Source: a virus. Taken from it: DNA of 64,000 bases. The translations under genes and the position numbers were made by a program. The notes under the pieces were generated by a model that worked only from the letters and a program-made list of their open reading frames with translations, did no database searches and was not told the DNA's origin. The DNA lies in the IMG/VR virus record IMGVR_UViG_3300005842_000010, positions 9,974-73,973 of that record; one strand, 5' to 3'. Shown one piece after another: positions 43,933 to 52,042 of the stretch. Each line of letters begins with the position of its first letter. Position 1 is the stretch's first letter.

Positions 43933-44544
43933 ATGCAAACACAAGACCCTATCAACTTAGAAATTCTGCGAGTCAGAATGGACGCCTTCAACGCAGTCAC
44001 CGGCCCGAGAGTCGGTGACTTTCTGGAACTACCGCGGCCAGATCCGCGGTGCCCGACACATACGCGCCTTACTCACGACTGGGGCGATACGCTTCAAACC
44101 GGCGGGTGCGGTGGCTCGTATTATCTCCAAGGCCGCTGCTTGAGTTACTCCGGCGGGCTGGACCCTGGACTTTCGGTTGTCGATCTGGTTCCGACACCAG
44201 AATTGAAAACGGGGAGCGTCTGGTTCTTCGATAGGGATATTTCCGGCGCTGGGCGTGGCGTTTATTTCAACGTGCCCATGCGCGTTTTCAAACCACGCCC
44301 GGGCGCTAATCTCGACGGCGTTGAGGAAGTGAAGTGTCCTTTCTGGGTTTCATTTCTGGATGAGGAACGGCACAAGCATACGTGCGGCTACTGGTTCACC
44401 ATCACAAAGAACGCGATGGCTCATACCGCTTTTCGATTACGCTCCGAACTGGACGAATGGCTGAAACGTGAAAAGCTGCACCTGCAACGCGACCTTGTTA
44501 CTCCCGGCAGTGCTCGGCTTGACTGGGGGTGCGCATGCCAATAA
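43933..44544 (+). CDS. Conserved mobile-element hypothetical protein
   Basis: GPRVGDF..HDWGDTLQT..GSYYL..YSGGLDPG..GSVWFF is a pattern I recognise from phage/ICE early genes. Function unknown. Confidence 0.65.
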   Translation: MQTQDPINLEILRVRMDAFNAVTGPRVGDFLELPRPDPRCPTHTRLTHDWGDTLQTGGCGGSYYLQGRCLSYSGGLDPGLSVVDLVPTPELKTGSVWFFDRDISGAGRGVYFNVPMRVFKPRPGANLDGVEEVKCPFWVSFLDEERHKHTCGYWFTITKNAMAHTAFRLRSELDEWLKREKLHLQRDLVTPGSARLDWGCACQ

Positions 44545-44867
44545 CTAATCAGACCACTTGGGATGGATGGGTTGCAAACAATACCGATCCCTACGGGAAA
44601 TGTTGTATTGATGTCGCAAGAGAAGTGATGCGACTGCTTGACGAGCGGAGTGAGTTCGATCCAGACAGCTTAATCACGGAAGCCGATCGTAAGATTGATT
44701 GCGGTGGAATAACTGGCTTTATGGCTGGCTGTGTCGCGCAGATGGTGACGAAATGCCATTCAAGGGGCGAAGAGTTCCGTGAAAAATGGAATAAGTCCTA
44801 CTGTAGCGATTCCAAAACTGGCGTGGTCAATCCTGCAATCATCACCATCGGAGTTAAACAACCATGA
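44535..44867 (+). CDS. Conserved phage hypothetical protein
   Basis: NNTDPYGKCC..GITGFMAGCVAQ..GEEFREKWN. Confidence 0.7.
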   Translation: MPITNQTTWDGWVANNTDPYGKCCIDVAREVMRLLDERSEFDPDSLITEADRKIDCGGITGFMAGCVAQMVTKCHSRGEEFREKWNKSYCSDSKTGVVNPAIITIGVKQP

Positions 44868-45061
44868 ACGCTACCCAAACCGAGATCCACGCCAGCAATG
44901 AAGCGCTGGTTGCGGTTCAAACGATTCGACGCACGTTGATCGTACGCGATGTCGTCCGAGAGAGACAGGAAACCCAGGCACGCGGCATTCGTTGCGCGCT
45001 GCATCTGATTAAGTTTAACCGCGTCACTGAGGCTGTGCGCGTGCTGGAGAGCATAGGATGA
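44864..45061 (+). CDS. Hypothetical protein
   Basis: 65 aa with ATGA overlaps. Confidence 0.5.
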   Translation: MNATQTEIHASNEALVAVQTIRRTLIVRDVVRERQETQARGIRCALHLIKFNRVTEAVRVLESIG

Positions 45062-45255
45062 AAGTATTCGCCTCCACCATCCAGCGGGCGCTACACGAGG
45101 CTATAAAAACGGCTGCGTATTACGATCCAAAGATTGAGTCGCCTTGCTCACAATCCAAGCCAGTAATAAAAATGCGCCTCAAGTCAAATGTGAGCGTTGG
45201 CCGTGCCCTTATTCGCCTGATTCCATTGGTTAGAAGCGATTACAAAAATAAATGA
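45058..45255 (+). CDS. Hypothetical protein
   Basis: 65 aa with an ATGA overlap. Confidence 0.5.
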   Translation: MKVFASTIQRALHEAIKTAAYYDPKIESPCSQSKPVIKMRLKSNVSVGRALIRLIPLVRSDYKNK

Positions 45256-45316
45256 AGAAAGTTTGCGAAAGTGAAAGCGGTTCGCTGGATACAAGCGGTG
45301 TTCTTATACAACCCCT

Positions 45317-46132
45317 ATGATTTTACCTGCTTCGTTCGCTTATTTACCGCCGCATGGCCAATTTTGCAGCGATGCCTTTTGGCAGAATCTCAGAGACAAT
45401 CCGCCACGTCACAAAATGATTTTGTATTCCGATGACGACTGGGGGAAGGACGTCATTCGCATAAAGTCACCGGAGTTTCTAAAGGGCGCCACGTTCGACG
45501 ATGGCCCGCACAGGGGTAAACCTAACCCCTTTGCAATTCACAATGCCTTGTTCCTCGCTGGGCTCAAGATGTGCAAGGAGCACGGAGCTACGCATGCTTG
45601 CTACGTCGAACAGGATTGCCGGGTAGGGCGACCAGGCTGGGATGATGTGATCTTCGATGAGTATTTCAACCTGGGGCGACCGTGCATAGTCGCCGGCACT
45701 TGCTCAGTTTACAATCCGGCCAGCCCTGGCATCGACGGGCTACGCCGATTCTACAAGCACTTCAGCACACCACCGAAGCACGGTATTCCTACTGCGGCAT
45801 TCGGCTGGCTCGGAGCCTCAACGCTCGGACCGAGCTGCATCGTGCCCAATGGCGCGCTGGCTGTTTATGACATGGCCTGGATTACGGGCATGTTCGATGT
45901 CGAAAGACAGGCGGACATGGCCACACAGAATACGGCTTACGACCTCGCTATCGGGACCAAGATCTGGGATTTGTTTTCCGAAGACGCGTACGATGTTATC
46001 GGCAGCCTCGGCTCGATCTACTCCGGCTACGCAAACATCGTGACGAGCGAAGAGGTCCGCCGCGAGCTACTGACTAGCGGCAAGGTGGTGGCCTACCATC
46101 AGGAAAAGACAAACTATATCCCAAAGCCATGA
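45317..46132 (+). CDS. Putative GT-A-fold glycosyltransferase-like protein
   Basis: Beta-strand plus acidic motif ACYVEQDCRV, NGALAVYD and AYDL, suggestive of nucleotide-diphospho-sugar transferases. Confidence 0.45.
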   Translation: MILPASFAYLPPHGQFCSDAFWQNLRDNPPRHKMILYSDDDWGKDVIRIKSPEFLKGATFDDGPHRGKPNPFAIHNALFLAGLKMCKEHGATHACYVEQDCRVGRPGWDDVIFDEYFNLGRPCIVAGTCSVYNPASPGIDGLRRFYKHFSTPPKHGIPTAAFGWLGASTLGPSCIVPNGALAVYDMAWITGMFDVERQADMATQNTAYDLAIGTKIWDLFSEDAYDVIGSLGSIYSGYANIVTSEEVRRELLTSGKVVAYHQEKTNYIPKP

Positions 46133-46335
46133 ACGTCGATCATTTACAACTTTGGAAAAGCGAAACCGGCATAACGTTTCGCGCCTACATTGCTGTCAAA
46201 GCGATGGCTGGATTACTTGCAAACCCGCATTGTCCGCGCGTTGACGGTGATCGTAGCGCAATCAACGGTCCTGTTGTTGCCGAGATCTCCGTGAAGCTCG
46301 CGGATCAACTCATTGCCGAACTTGAAAAGCAATGA
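46129..46335 (+). CDS. Small conserved phage protein
   Basis: TFRAYIAVKAMAGLLAN...LADQLIAELEK. Confidence 0.7.
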   Translation: MNVDHLQLWKSETGITFRAYIAVKAMAGLLANPHCPRVDGDRSAINGPVVAEISVKLADQLIAELEKQ

Positions 46336-46664
46336 ACGACCAAGAGTTAAACTACCAAACAGAGCGGGCCTCGAAGTATCGCGAATTGTCCAAGGTGCGT
46401 AATGAGATTTACGCAGCCATAAAAACCATAACCGCCGAGGACAAAACCGGACCATGCGGCCAAGGTCCCTTCACAGGAAACGCCAGCGAGTCAAGACAGG
46501 TCGCATACATGCGGATAGGATTCTCCTGTACGCGCGGAGGTGCCGATCCAGTCGAAATATACATTGCGGATCTTCACATTGAGGCATGGGATCTTGGGCG
46601 TGCGCTGGAAAGCATGTTGAGAGCTGCCCTTGTTCCGGTTAACGAGGCGATTGAGAAGCTATGA
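46332..46664 (+). CDS. Hypothetical protein
   Basis: 110 aa with ATGA overlaps. Confidence 0.6.
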   Translation: MNDQELNYQTERASKYRELSKVRNEIYAAIKTITAEDKTGPCGQGPFTGNASESRQVAYMRIGFSCTRGGADPVEIYIADLHIEAWDLGRALESMLRAALVPVNEAIEKL

Positions 46665-47560
46665 AAGCCAAGGACGCATTCGCCCAGTTCCTAAAAGTGC
46701 GGCAATCGATCTGCACGCAAACCACCCTCGACATCTATCGGTGGATGCTGGTTGATTTTTTCAAGCACATTGACCCAAAGACGCTCGTGACCGAGATCGA
46801 TCAGGGAATGATCGCTGGCTGGATTCAGAAGCTCCGCGAGGACGGTATCAATCCGAACACCATTCGCAAAAAGCTGGGCATCCTGGGTGTATTCTTTGGC
46901 TGGTGCCGTAACAGTGACCTGCTCGACGTGCAGAGCGATCCGCTTGTGGGCGTGCCAGTTGTCCGAAAGGCGGACACTCAGAAAGTGCCGTTCACCTGGG
47001 AACAGTTCCAGGCTGTGCTCACGTTCGCAAAAGCCAACCGCACGCGCCGTAGCTATGATTGGGAACACATTTGCACGCTCGCCTGGCATACCGGACTGCG
47101 ATTGTCCGATTGCTGCTGCCTCCAATGGTCGCAAGTTGACTTTATCAGTGACGTGATAATGGCCCGTCCCAAAAAGCTCGAATTCAAACGGCAAGAGCTG
47201 GTGATCCCGATGCACCCAGATCTGCGAGCCCACTTATTGACGAGGTATAGCGCACGCACAAACGAGGAATGGGTTACGCCCGAGTTGAGGATTGTTTACT
47301 TGTCCCGTGCGTACAACATAAAGAAAGCCTTTCGGGCACTCTGCGATAAGCTGGGGTATCGGCAGTACAGCATGCACTCATTTCGCCACGGGTTCATAAC
47401 TCGCCTACTTAATGCGGGAGCGAGCGCAGAAGTGGTTAGGCAAATGACAGGCCAGTCTTTGGCAACATTGTCCACCTATGCCCACATTTCAGTTGATGCT
47501 AAAAGAGCAGCTCTTGAAATGGCCGATCAGCCATCACAATCCAAACGTATCACCGCATGA
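46661..47560 (+). CDS. Tyrosine recombinase (XerC-like size, no arm-binding domain)
   Basis: TGLRLSD (R), PKK (K), HSFRHGF (HxxR) and MTGQS...STYAH (Y; the usual His is replaced by Gln). Confidence 0.9.
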   Translation: MKAKDAFAQFLKVRQSICTQTTLDIYRWMLVDFFKHIDPKTLVTEIDQGMIAGWIQKLREDGINPNTIRKKLGILGVFFGWCRNSDLLDVQSDPLVGVPVVRKADTQKVPFTWEQFQAVLTFAKANRTRRSYDWEHICTLAWHTGLRLSDCCCLQWSQVDFISDVIMARPKKLEFKRQELVIPMHPDLRAHLLTRYSARTNEEWVTPELRIVYLSRAYNIKKAFRALCDKLGYRQYSMHSFRHGFITRLLNAGASAEVVRQMTGQSLATLSTYAHISVDAKRAALEMADQPSQSKRITA

Positions 47561-48270
47561 AAAGTGATGGTTTAACCAATCGCGTGAGATCTTATCGGAA
47601 GCATAGAGTAAGAATTCTTTACGAATTGGCCCAAAAAAGAAAAGCGAATCTCGAAAAAGCTCGCATGCGAGATCGGGCCTACTATCAGAAGCACAAGGCG
47701 AAAGACAATGCTGCCTGCGCTCGTTATTTAGAAAAACATAGGGAAGAAATCAACGCCAGGAAGCGACGCCATTATAAAGCGAATAGGGATCGTATTTTGG
47801 CCGAACATGCCGCGAAGTGGCGCAAAGATATTGAAGCGTCACGAAAAAAGGCTCGCGAACAAAATCAGAAGCATAAGATTAAAAACAATGCGAGAGGGCG
47901 CGAGAAATACCGGAACAATCGGGAATATCACATTGGGCGTGTTAAGGCGTATTTTCAAAACCATCCCGAGGTAGCGCAAGCATTAAGGGCGAAGAGGCGC
48001 GCAAGAAAGATTGGCTCTGTAATAAACCCGGATGCTGTATTGCAGTACGAGAAATCGATCAGAGCAAAAAAATCAGCCGTTTGCTACTGGTGTAAGGGGC
48101 GATTTCCGATCTCCGAGATTCACATTGATCATATTGTTGCCTTAGCCCTTGGAGGCCCGCACGCCCTATCAAATTTGTGCGTTAGTTGTGAGACGTGCAA
48201 TTTGAAGAAAAACGCAAAACCGCTAAGCACATGGGCGCCGTTACTTTCAGAGCCCACATTGCCACTTTAA
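47557..48270 (+). CDS. HNH endonuclease with long basic N-terminus
   Basis: CYWC..IHIDHIVALALGGPHALSNLCVSCETCNLKK. Confidence 0.9.
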   Translation: MKSDGLTNRVRSYRKHRVRILYELAQKRKANLEKARMRDRAYYQKHKAKDNAACARYLEKHREEINARKRRHYKANRDRILAEHAAKWRKDIEASRKKAREQNQKHKIKNNARGREKYRNNREYHIGRVKAYFQNHPEVAQALRAKRRARKIGSVINPDAVLQYEKSIRAKKSAVCYWCKGRFPISEIHIDHIVALALGGPHALSNLCVSCETCNLKKNAKPLSTWAPLLSEPTLPL

Positions 48271-48275
48271 TTTTT

Positions 48276-48944
48276 ATGCCCACGATATACGGCTACCATG
48301 CCGACGTTCCCGATCTGGTTCGAATGGACGAGTTAAAGTTAGTAACCCTCTTTCGTCATCGATGGGAGGACGCTGGCTGGACTCCTTTTATTCTCAATGA
48401 ATGGATCGCTATGAAGCATCCATATTTTGAAGAATACAATCGGGCGATATCAGCGCTGCCTTCAGTTAATCCAGACGGTTACGAAAGGGCCTGTTGGATG
48501 CGCCACCTAGCCCTCGCCCAGGTTGGCGGAGGATACATGGCCGATACCGATCTTATCCATTACCCTGTAAAGGAAGAAATCACACTCGCCGAAATGGAAG
48601 CGCCTCGCTTACAAATGTTCGACTTGCATACGCCATCACTGATCTACGCCAGCAAAGAGGTTGCCGAGAAGCTTTGCCGCGAGTTCGCTAGTGGAAAATG
48701 GGGCAAGCGTGATATCGGCGGCCGTGAGCATTATTCCGACATGTACGCCCTGGAGGATCTGGGCGCTATCGAGAATGATGGCACCATGGCTGATCCAGAG
48801 CGCTACTTGATCGAACATCACGATCTTGTGCGCAACTACGGCACCGAGGGATGGGAAACGGCGCCGTTCGTGCACTACTCGAAAGATGCGATGGCGCGAG
48901 CCGACAAGCTGCCCAAGTGGAGGCACATTCCGAAGCTGAGATAA
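48276..48944 (+). CDS. Putative DxD glycosyltransferase-like protein
   Basis: NPDGYERACWMRHLALAQVGGGYMADTD resembles the R..AL...GG.Y.D.D motif of GT32/OCH1-like transferases. Confidence 0.55.
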   Translation: MPTIYGYHADVPDLVRMDELKLVTLFRHRWEDAGWTPFILNEWIAMKHPYFEEYNRAISALPSVNPDGYERACWMRHLALAQVGGGYMADTDLIHYPVKEEITLAEMEAPRLQMFDLHTPSLIYASKEVAEKLCREFASGKWGKRDIGGREHYSDMYALEDLGAIENDGTMADPERYLIEHHDLVRNYGTEGWETAPFVHYSKDAMARADKLPKWRHIPKLR

Positions 48945-49002
48945 CAATGCGCTAATTATTCCCCATATAGCCGCATGGGAGCGCAGAGATGGCGGCCAGT
49001 AT

Positions 49003-49212
49003 ATGCGAAAGAAAAATCATGCACCGTCAGTCAGAATCACAATCACGGTCCCGACGCAAGTTCGAGATTATCTCGGACAACTCGTCAGCATCGGGCTTCA
49101 TGGCTCAACCGTGGCCGATGTTGCCGCGCAACTCATCTTCGAGCAGCTTCGTGTTGATCTAAAACATCGCCGCGTGAAACTGATTGAACAATCCGCACCG
49201 AGAGAGGAATGA
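49003..49212 (+). CDS. Ribbon-helix-helix-like regulator
   Basis: VRITITVPTQVRDYLGQLVSIGLHGSTVADVAAQLI. Confidence 0.65.
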   Translation: MRKKNHAPSVRITITVPTQVRDYLGQLVSIGLHGSTVADVAAQLIFEQLRVDLKHRRVKLIEQSAPREE

Positions 49213-49523
49213 GCACTCCAATCGAAATGCTTTCCCATGACGGTCGCAAGATCCCGATCTCGCACTGTCCAACCTGCAAATATCCAATGGACTGCGGAAC
49301 GTCCACAAACGGGCCGGAAACTAAACGTCCTGGTCCTGGTGACTTCTCGCTTTGCCTGAGATGTGGCGAGGTTCTTATTTACGATGCTGAAATGCGGCTT
49401 GTCATTCCTACGGTTCAAAACCTGCTTGATCTCGGAGAATCGAATCGCACATGGCTGGAGTACGTTCAGTTGAAAATTAGGAGAGAGAGGCCGCTCGCAG
49501 GCAAACCGGAACCGATTGAATGA
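49209..49523 (+). CDS. Zn-ribbon protein
   Basis: CPTC...PGPGDFSLCLRCG. Confidence 0.7.
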   Translation: MSTPIEMLSHDGRKIPISHCPTCKYPMDCGTSTNGPETKRPGPGDFSLCLRCGEVLIYDAEMRLVIPTVQNLLDLGESNRTWLEYVQLKIRRERPLAGKPEPIE

Positions 49524-50299
49524 AAACCCTCATGCTCGTAATTACGCACCCGGAGGCACAGGCGACCTTGCTCCAAAACGCCGCGACGTGGGCCGTGGCA
49601 AATTGCGACGTTTACGGTGTAGAGCACGAGGACCGCCCGCCGATGCAGTGGCCGGCGGAAACAAAGAGCGTGCTGCGTATCGGAACAGGGCTCGCACGCG
49701 CGTACGGTCCGGGCAATCCGCTTCTCACAAGATTCCTAAAAGTGTTCAAGTGGTGCGCCAGTAATGCGGAGGCGCTCGACTACAACGTTTTTTGTATTTC
49801 TGAGGCTGATGTTATTTTTGTTCGCCCAGTGCCAGAATGGCCGATGCTTCCACTTGGAACGCGGGCAGGCGGTAAGAGTGAAGGGTTTCTTGGAAGCAGT
49901 TACTTTCATCCGCCATGGCTAATTTCATGGGAAGATATGTGCGCCATCGTTCGATACAGCGAGCGATTACTGAGTGTCGGCTTGGATGAGCGCGGGTTTC
50001 CAGATCGGTTCATTGGACTGCTTTCAGATTTGTATCCAGACGTTGGGTTTCAGGACTCTGGCAACTACTCCCAGAACACGCTCGATCAGCCGCACTACAT
50101 GGCCGAAGCGATTGCGGCAGTGAAGCGACCTACAACATGGGCTTGTCATGGTTGCAAAACAAAATCTCAATACGATGCGTTGATTGAAGCTTTGGCACCG
50201 ATGACTTTAACAACAACCGGAAAGTGCAAGGCATGCGGAACGACTATCAGCCCGCATGTTGAGTTTTGCCTTAACTGCACGGGAGAAAACGAGCGATGA
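49520..50299 (+). CDS. Putative glycosyltransferase-like protein
   Basis: FCISEADVIF acidic motif, YFHPPW and FPDRFIG. Confidence 0.45.
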   Translation: MKTLMLVITHPEAQATLLQNAATWAVANCDVYGVEHEDRPPMQWPAETKSVLRIGTGLARAYGPGNPLLTRFLKVFKWCASNAEALDYNVFCISEADVIFVRPVPEWPMLPLGTRAGGKSEGFLGSSYFHPPWLISWEDMCAIVRYSERLLSVGLDERGFPDRFIGLLSDLYPDVGFQDSGNYSQNTLDQPHYMAEAIAAVKRPTTWACHGCKTKSQYDALIEALAPMTLTTTGKCKACGTTISPHVEFCLNCTGENER

Positions 50300-50506
50300 T
50301 TATTTGGGTAATATACAATCGTCCAGAAGATTTTCCGGATCACTTTGTCGTGCGACGGCAAGAATGCGAAGGAGGAAAAACCTCTTACGGAATGGCTCAC
50401 ACGTTTAATACCCTGGCGGATGCCCGCGCTCATGTACCCCCCTGGTTATTTTTGCGTTGCCCGCTCTCCCGAAGATGTTCCGTGCATTGTAGAAACGTGG
50501 ATATGA
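50296..50506 (+). pseudogene. Small conserved phage gene with an extra C that fuses it to the downstream gene
   Basis: MIIWVIYNRPEDFPDHFVVRR...ARAHVP continues naturally as PGYFCVARSPEDVPCIVETWI-stop in the +1 frame after the C6 run at 50437-42. That stop overlaps ATG 50503. Confidence 0.6.
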
Positions 50507-51372
50507 AGAAATTGCTAGTGAGTTACTCAAATTGCCAAGGTTCTGGAATTTGTCATTTTCTCAAGCGAACACCCCTCGCCGACGAGTTCGAGTGGACTCA
50601 TTGGAACAATTACCAACTGATCCTGCTCGAACAGGATCGCGCCGCGTGCTTCGAGTCGCTTAAGGCTGCGGACGTAGTTTTGTTTCAGCCCACCAGCGAT
50701 CTCCACTGCATCGACGGGTTCACAATTCCTGACTCAGACACACTGTTTGCGAGTTTGCTGCGACCGAACGCGATCAAGATCAGCTATTGCTACCAATTCA
50801 ATCATGGCTTCTTCCCCATCGTTCGCCTCGGCCCCGGCTTCGATGGTTGGGTGACGAGCGAGCAGGTTCGTCAGCTCGTGAAACATAATCATCCATGGAT
50901 CAACTTTGAAACCGATCGCCCAACGTTCAGCCTGCTGCATCCTCAAAACGTTTCCTTCGACTGCGCTCGCCGCTTTTGTGAAAATTTAGCTGAGCAGTCT
51001 CGCCGTGAGCAATCAGTTGATATTCGTATGACCGATTTCATCCTGGCTAATTTCCAGACACGGCGGCTTTTCCTCACGCAGAATCATCCTTCGAGTGTGA
51101 TGTTCGCTGAATTGGCGCGGCGAATTATATCCTATCTAGTCGAACCATTTGGTCTTTGGGGCATGGTGCGGCCTTACGAAAAGGACAGCCCGTCGATAGA
51201 GGAACGCATCGCGCCAATTCAGTGGACCGACATCAACGAGTCCAACCTCCCCGGCATGCTGCCCGTTCACCCTGCTGTGGTTAGGGAATTGAATCTCAAA
51301 TACCCAGCGGACACCGATTGCAGCGTCTATCGCACGTGGCTCGAACAAATGATCTCGGAGGCGGCGCAATGA
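50503..51372 (+). CDS. WcbI-like polysaccharide-biosynthesis protein (putative acetyltransferase)
   Basis: N-terminal YSNCQ, ADVVLFQP and RLFLTQNHP motifs typical of WcbI-family proteins. Confidence 0.65.
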   Translation: MKKLLVSYSNCQGSGICHFLKRTPLADEFEWTHWNNYQLILLEQDRAACFESLKAADVVLFQPTSDLHCIDGFTIPDSDTLFASLLRPNAIKISYCYQFNHGFFPIVRLGPGFDGWVTSEQVRQLVKHNHPWINFETDRPTFSLLHPQNVSFDCARRFCENLAEQSRREQSVDIRMTDFILANFQTRRLFLTQNHPSSVMFAELARRIISYLVEPFGLWGMVRPYEKDSPSIEERIAPIQWTDINESNLPGMLPVHPAVVRELNLKYPADTDCSVYRTWLEQMISEAAQ

Positions 51373-51605
51373 CTGTGCGTTTTTGGAAGAAGGGCTCGCG
51401 AAAGGACGTGAAAGACCGAATGCTTTGCAAGCGTGAATTAAACTTCATCCCGTCAAATGGTGACCAGGTGTTTATTGATACTGATAACTTCAAAGGAACA
51501 ACTCTAGTTGCCCATCGCACCTTTTCGTTTCGAGAGATTCCATTCAGCACATCGTCTGCTGCACAAAATCACGATACCGTGGACATTTACCTTTCACTTG
51601 TATGA
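51369..51605 (+). CDS. Hypothetical protein
   Basis: ATGA overlap with the upstream stop. Confidence 0.55.
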   Translation: MTVRFWKKGSRKDVKDRMLCKRELNFIPSNGDQVFIDTDNFKGTTLVAHRTFSFREIPFSTSSAAQNHDTVDIYLSLV

Positions 51606-52042
51606 GCGAGATCCATCACCAGGGCGGAGCGCCCGAGCCTGAGTCAGTCAAAGCTCTCTCACGGAAGCTTGCCGCTCTCAACAATGGCGACCTGTCAGAT
51701 CCTGAGAAAGTGCTCAAGATCTACGGCGATTTCCGCTGGAATCTGAAAAAGGCTTCGATGATCGGCGATGTTACCTATCGCGACATCGACGTGATGCTCG
51801 ACGCCGTGATCAAGCGGATCGAGAAGCAGATCAAAAACGAAACGGTCCGGGCGGCCGCGCTTCTGAAATTCACCCAGGCGAAAACCAAGCTGTCTGAGTT
51901 CATGGAGGATGAGGATATGCGTGCGACAATATGTCACATCCATGAATTACCTTTTTTCCTTTGTCCGTGCCCCAAAGACCCATTACCGGAGAAGCCCGGG
52001 CCCTCGCCGGACCCTGGGGACTCGGGCAGCGCCAAGCCTTAA
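51602..52042 (+). CDS. Hypothetical helical protein
   Basis: 146 aa; overlaps the giant gene's 3' end convergently. Confidence 0.6.
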   Translation: MSEIHHQGGAPEPESVKALSRKLAALNNGDLSDPEKVLKIYGDFRWNLKKASMIGDVTYRDIDVMLDAVIKRIEKQIKNETVRAAALLKFTQAKTKLSEFMEDEDMRATICHIHELPFFLCPCPKDPLPEKPGPSPDPGDSGSAKP

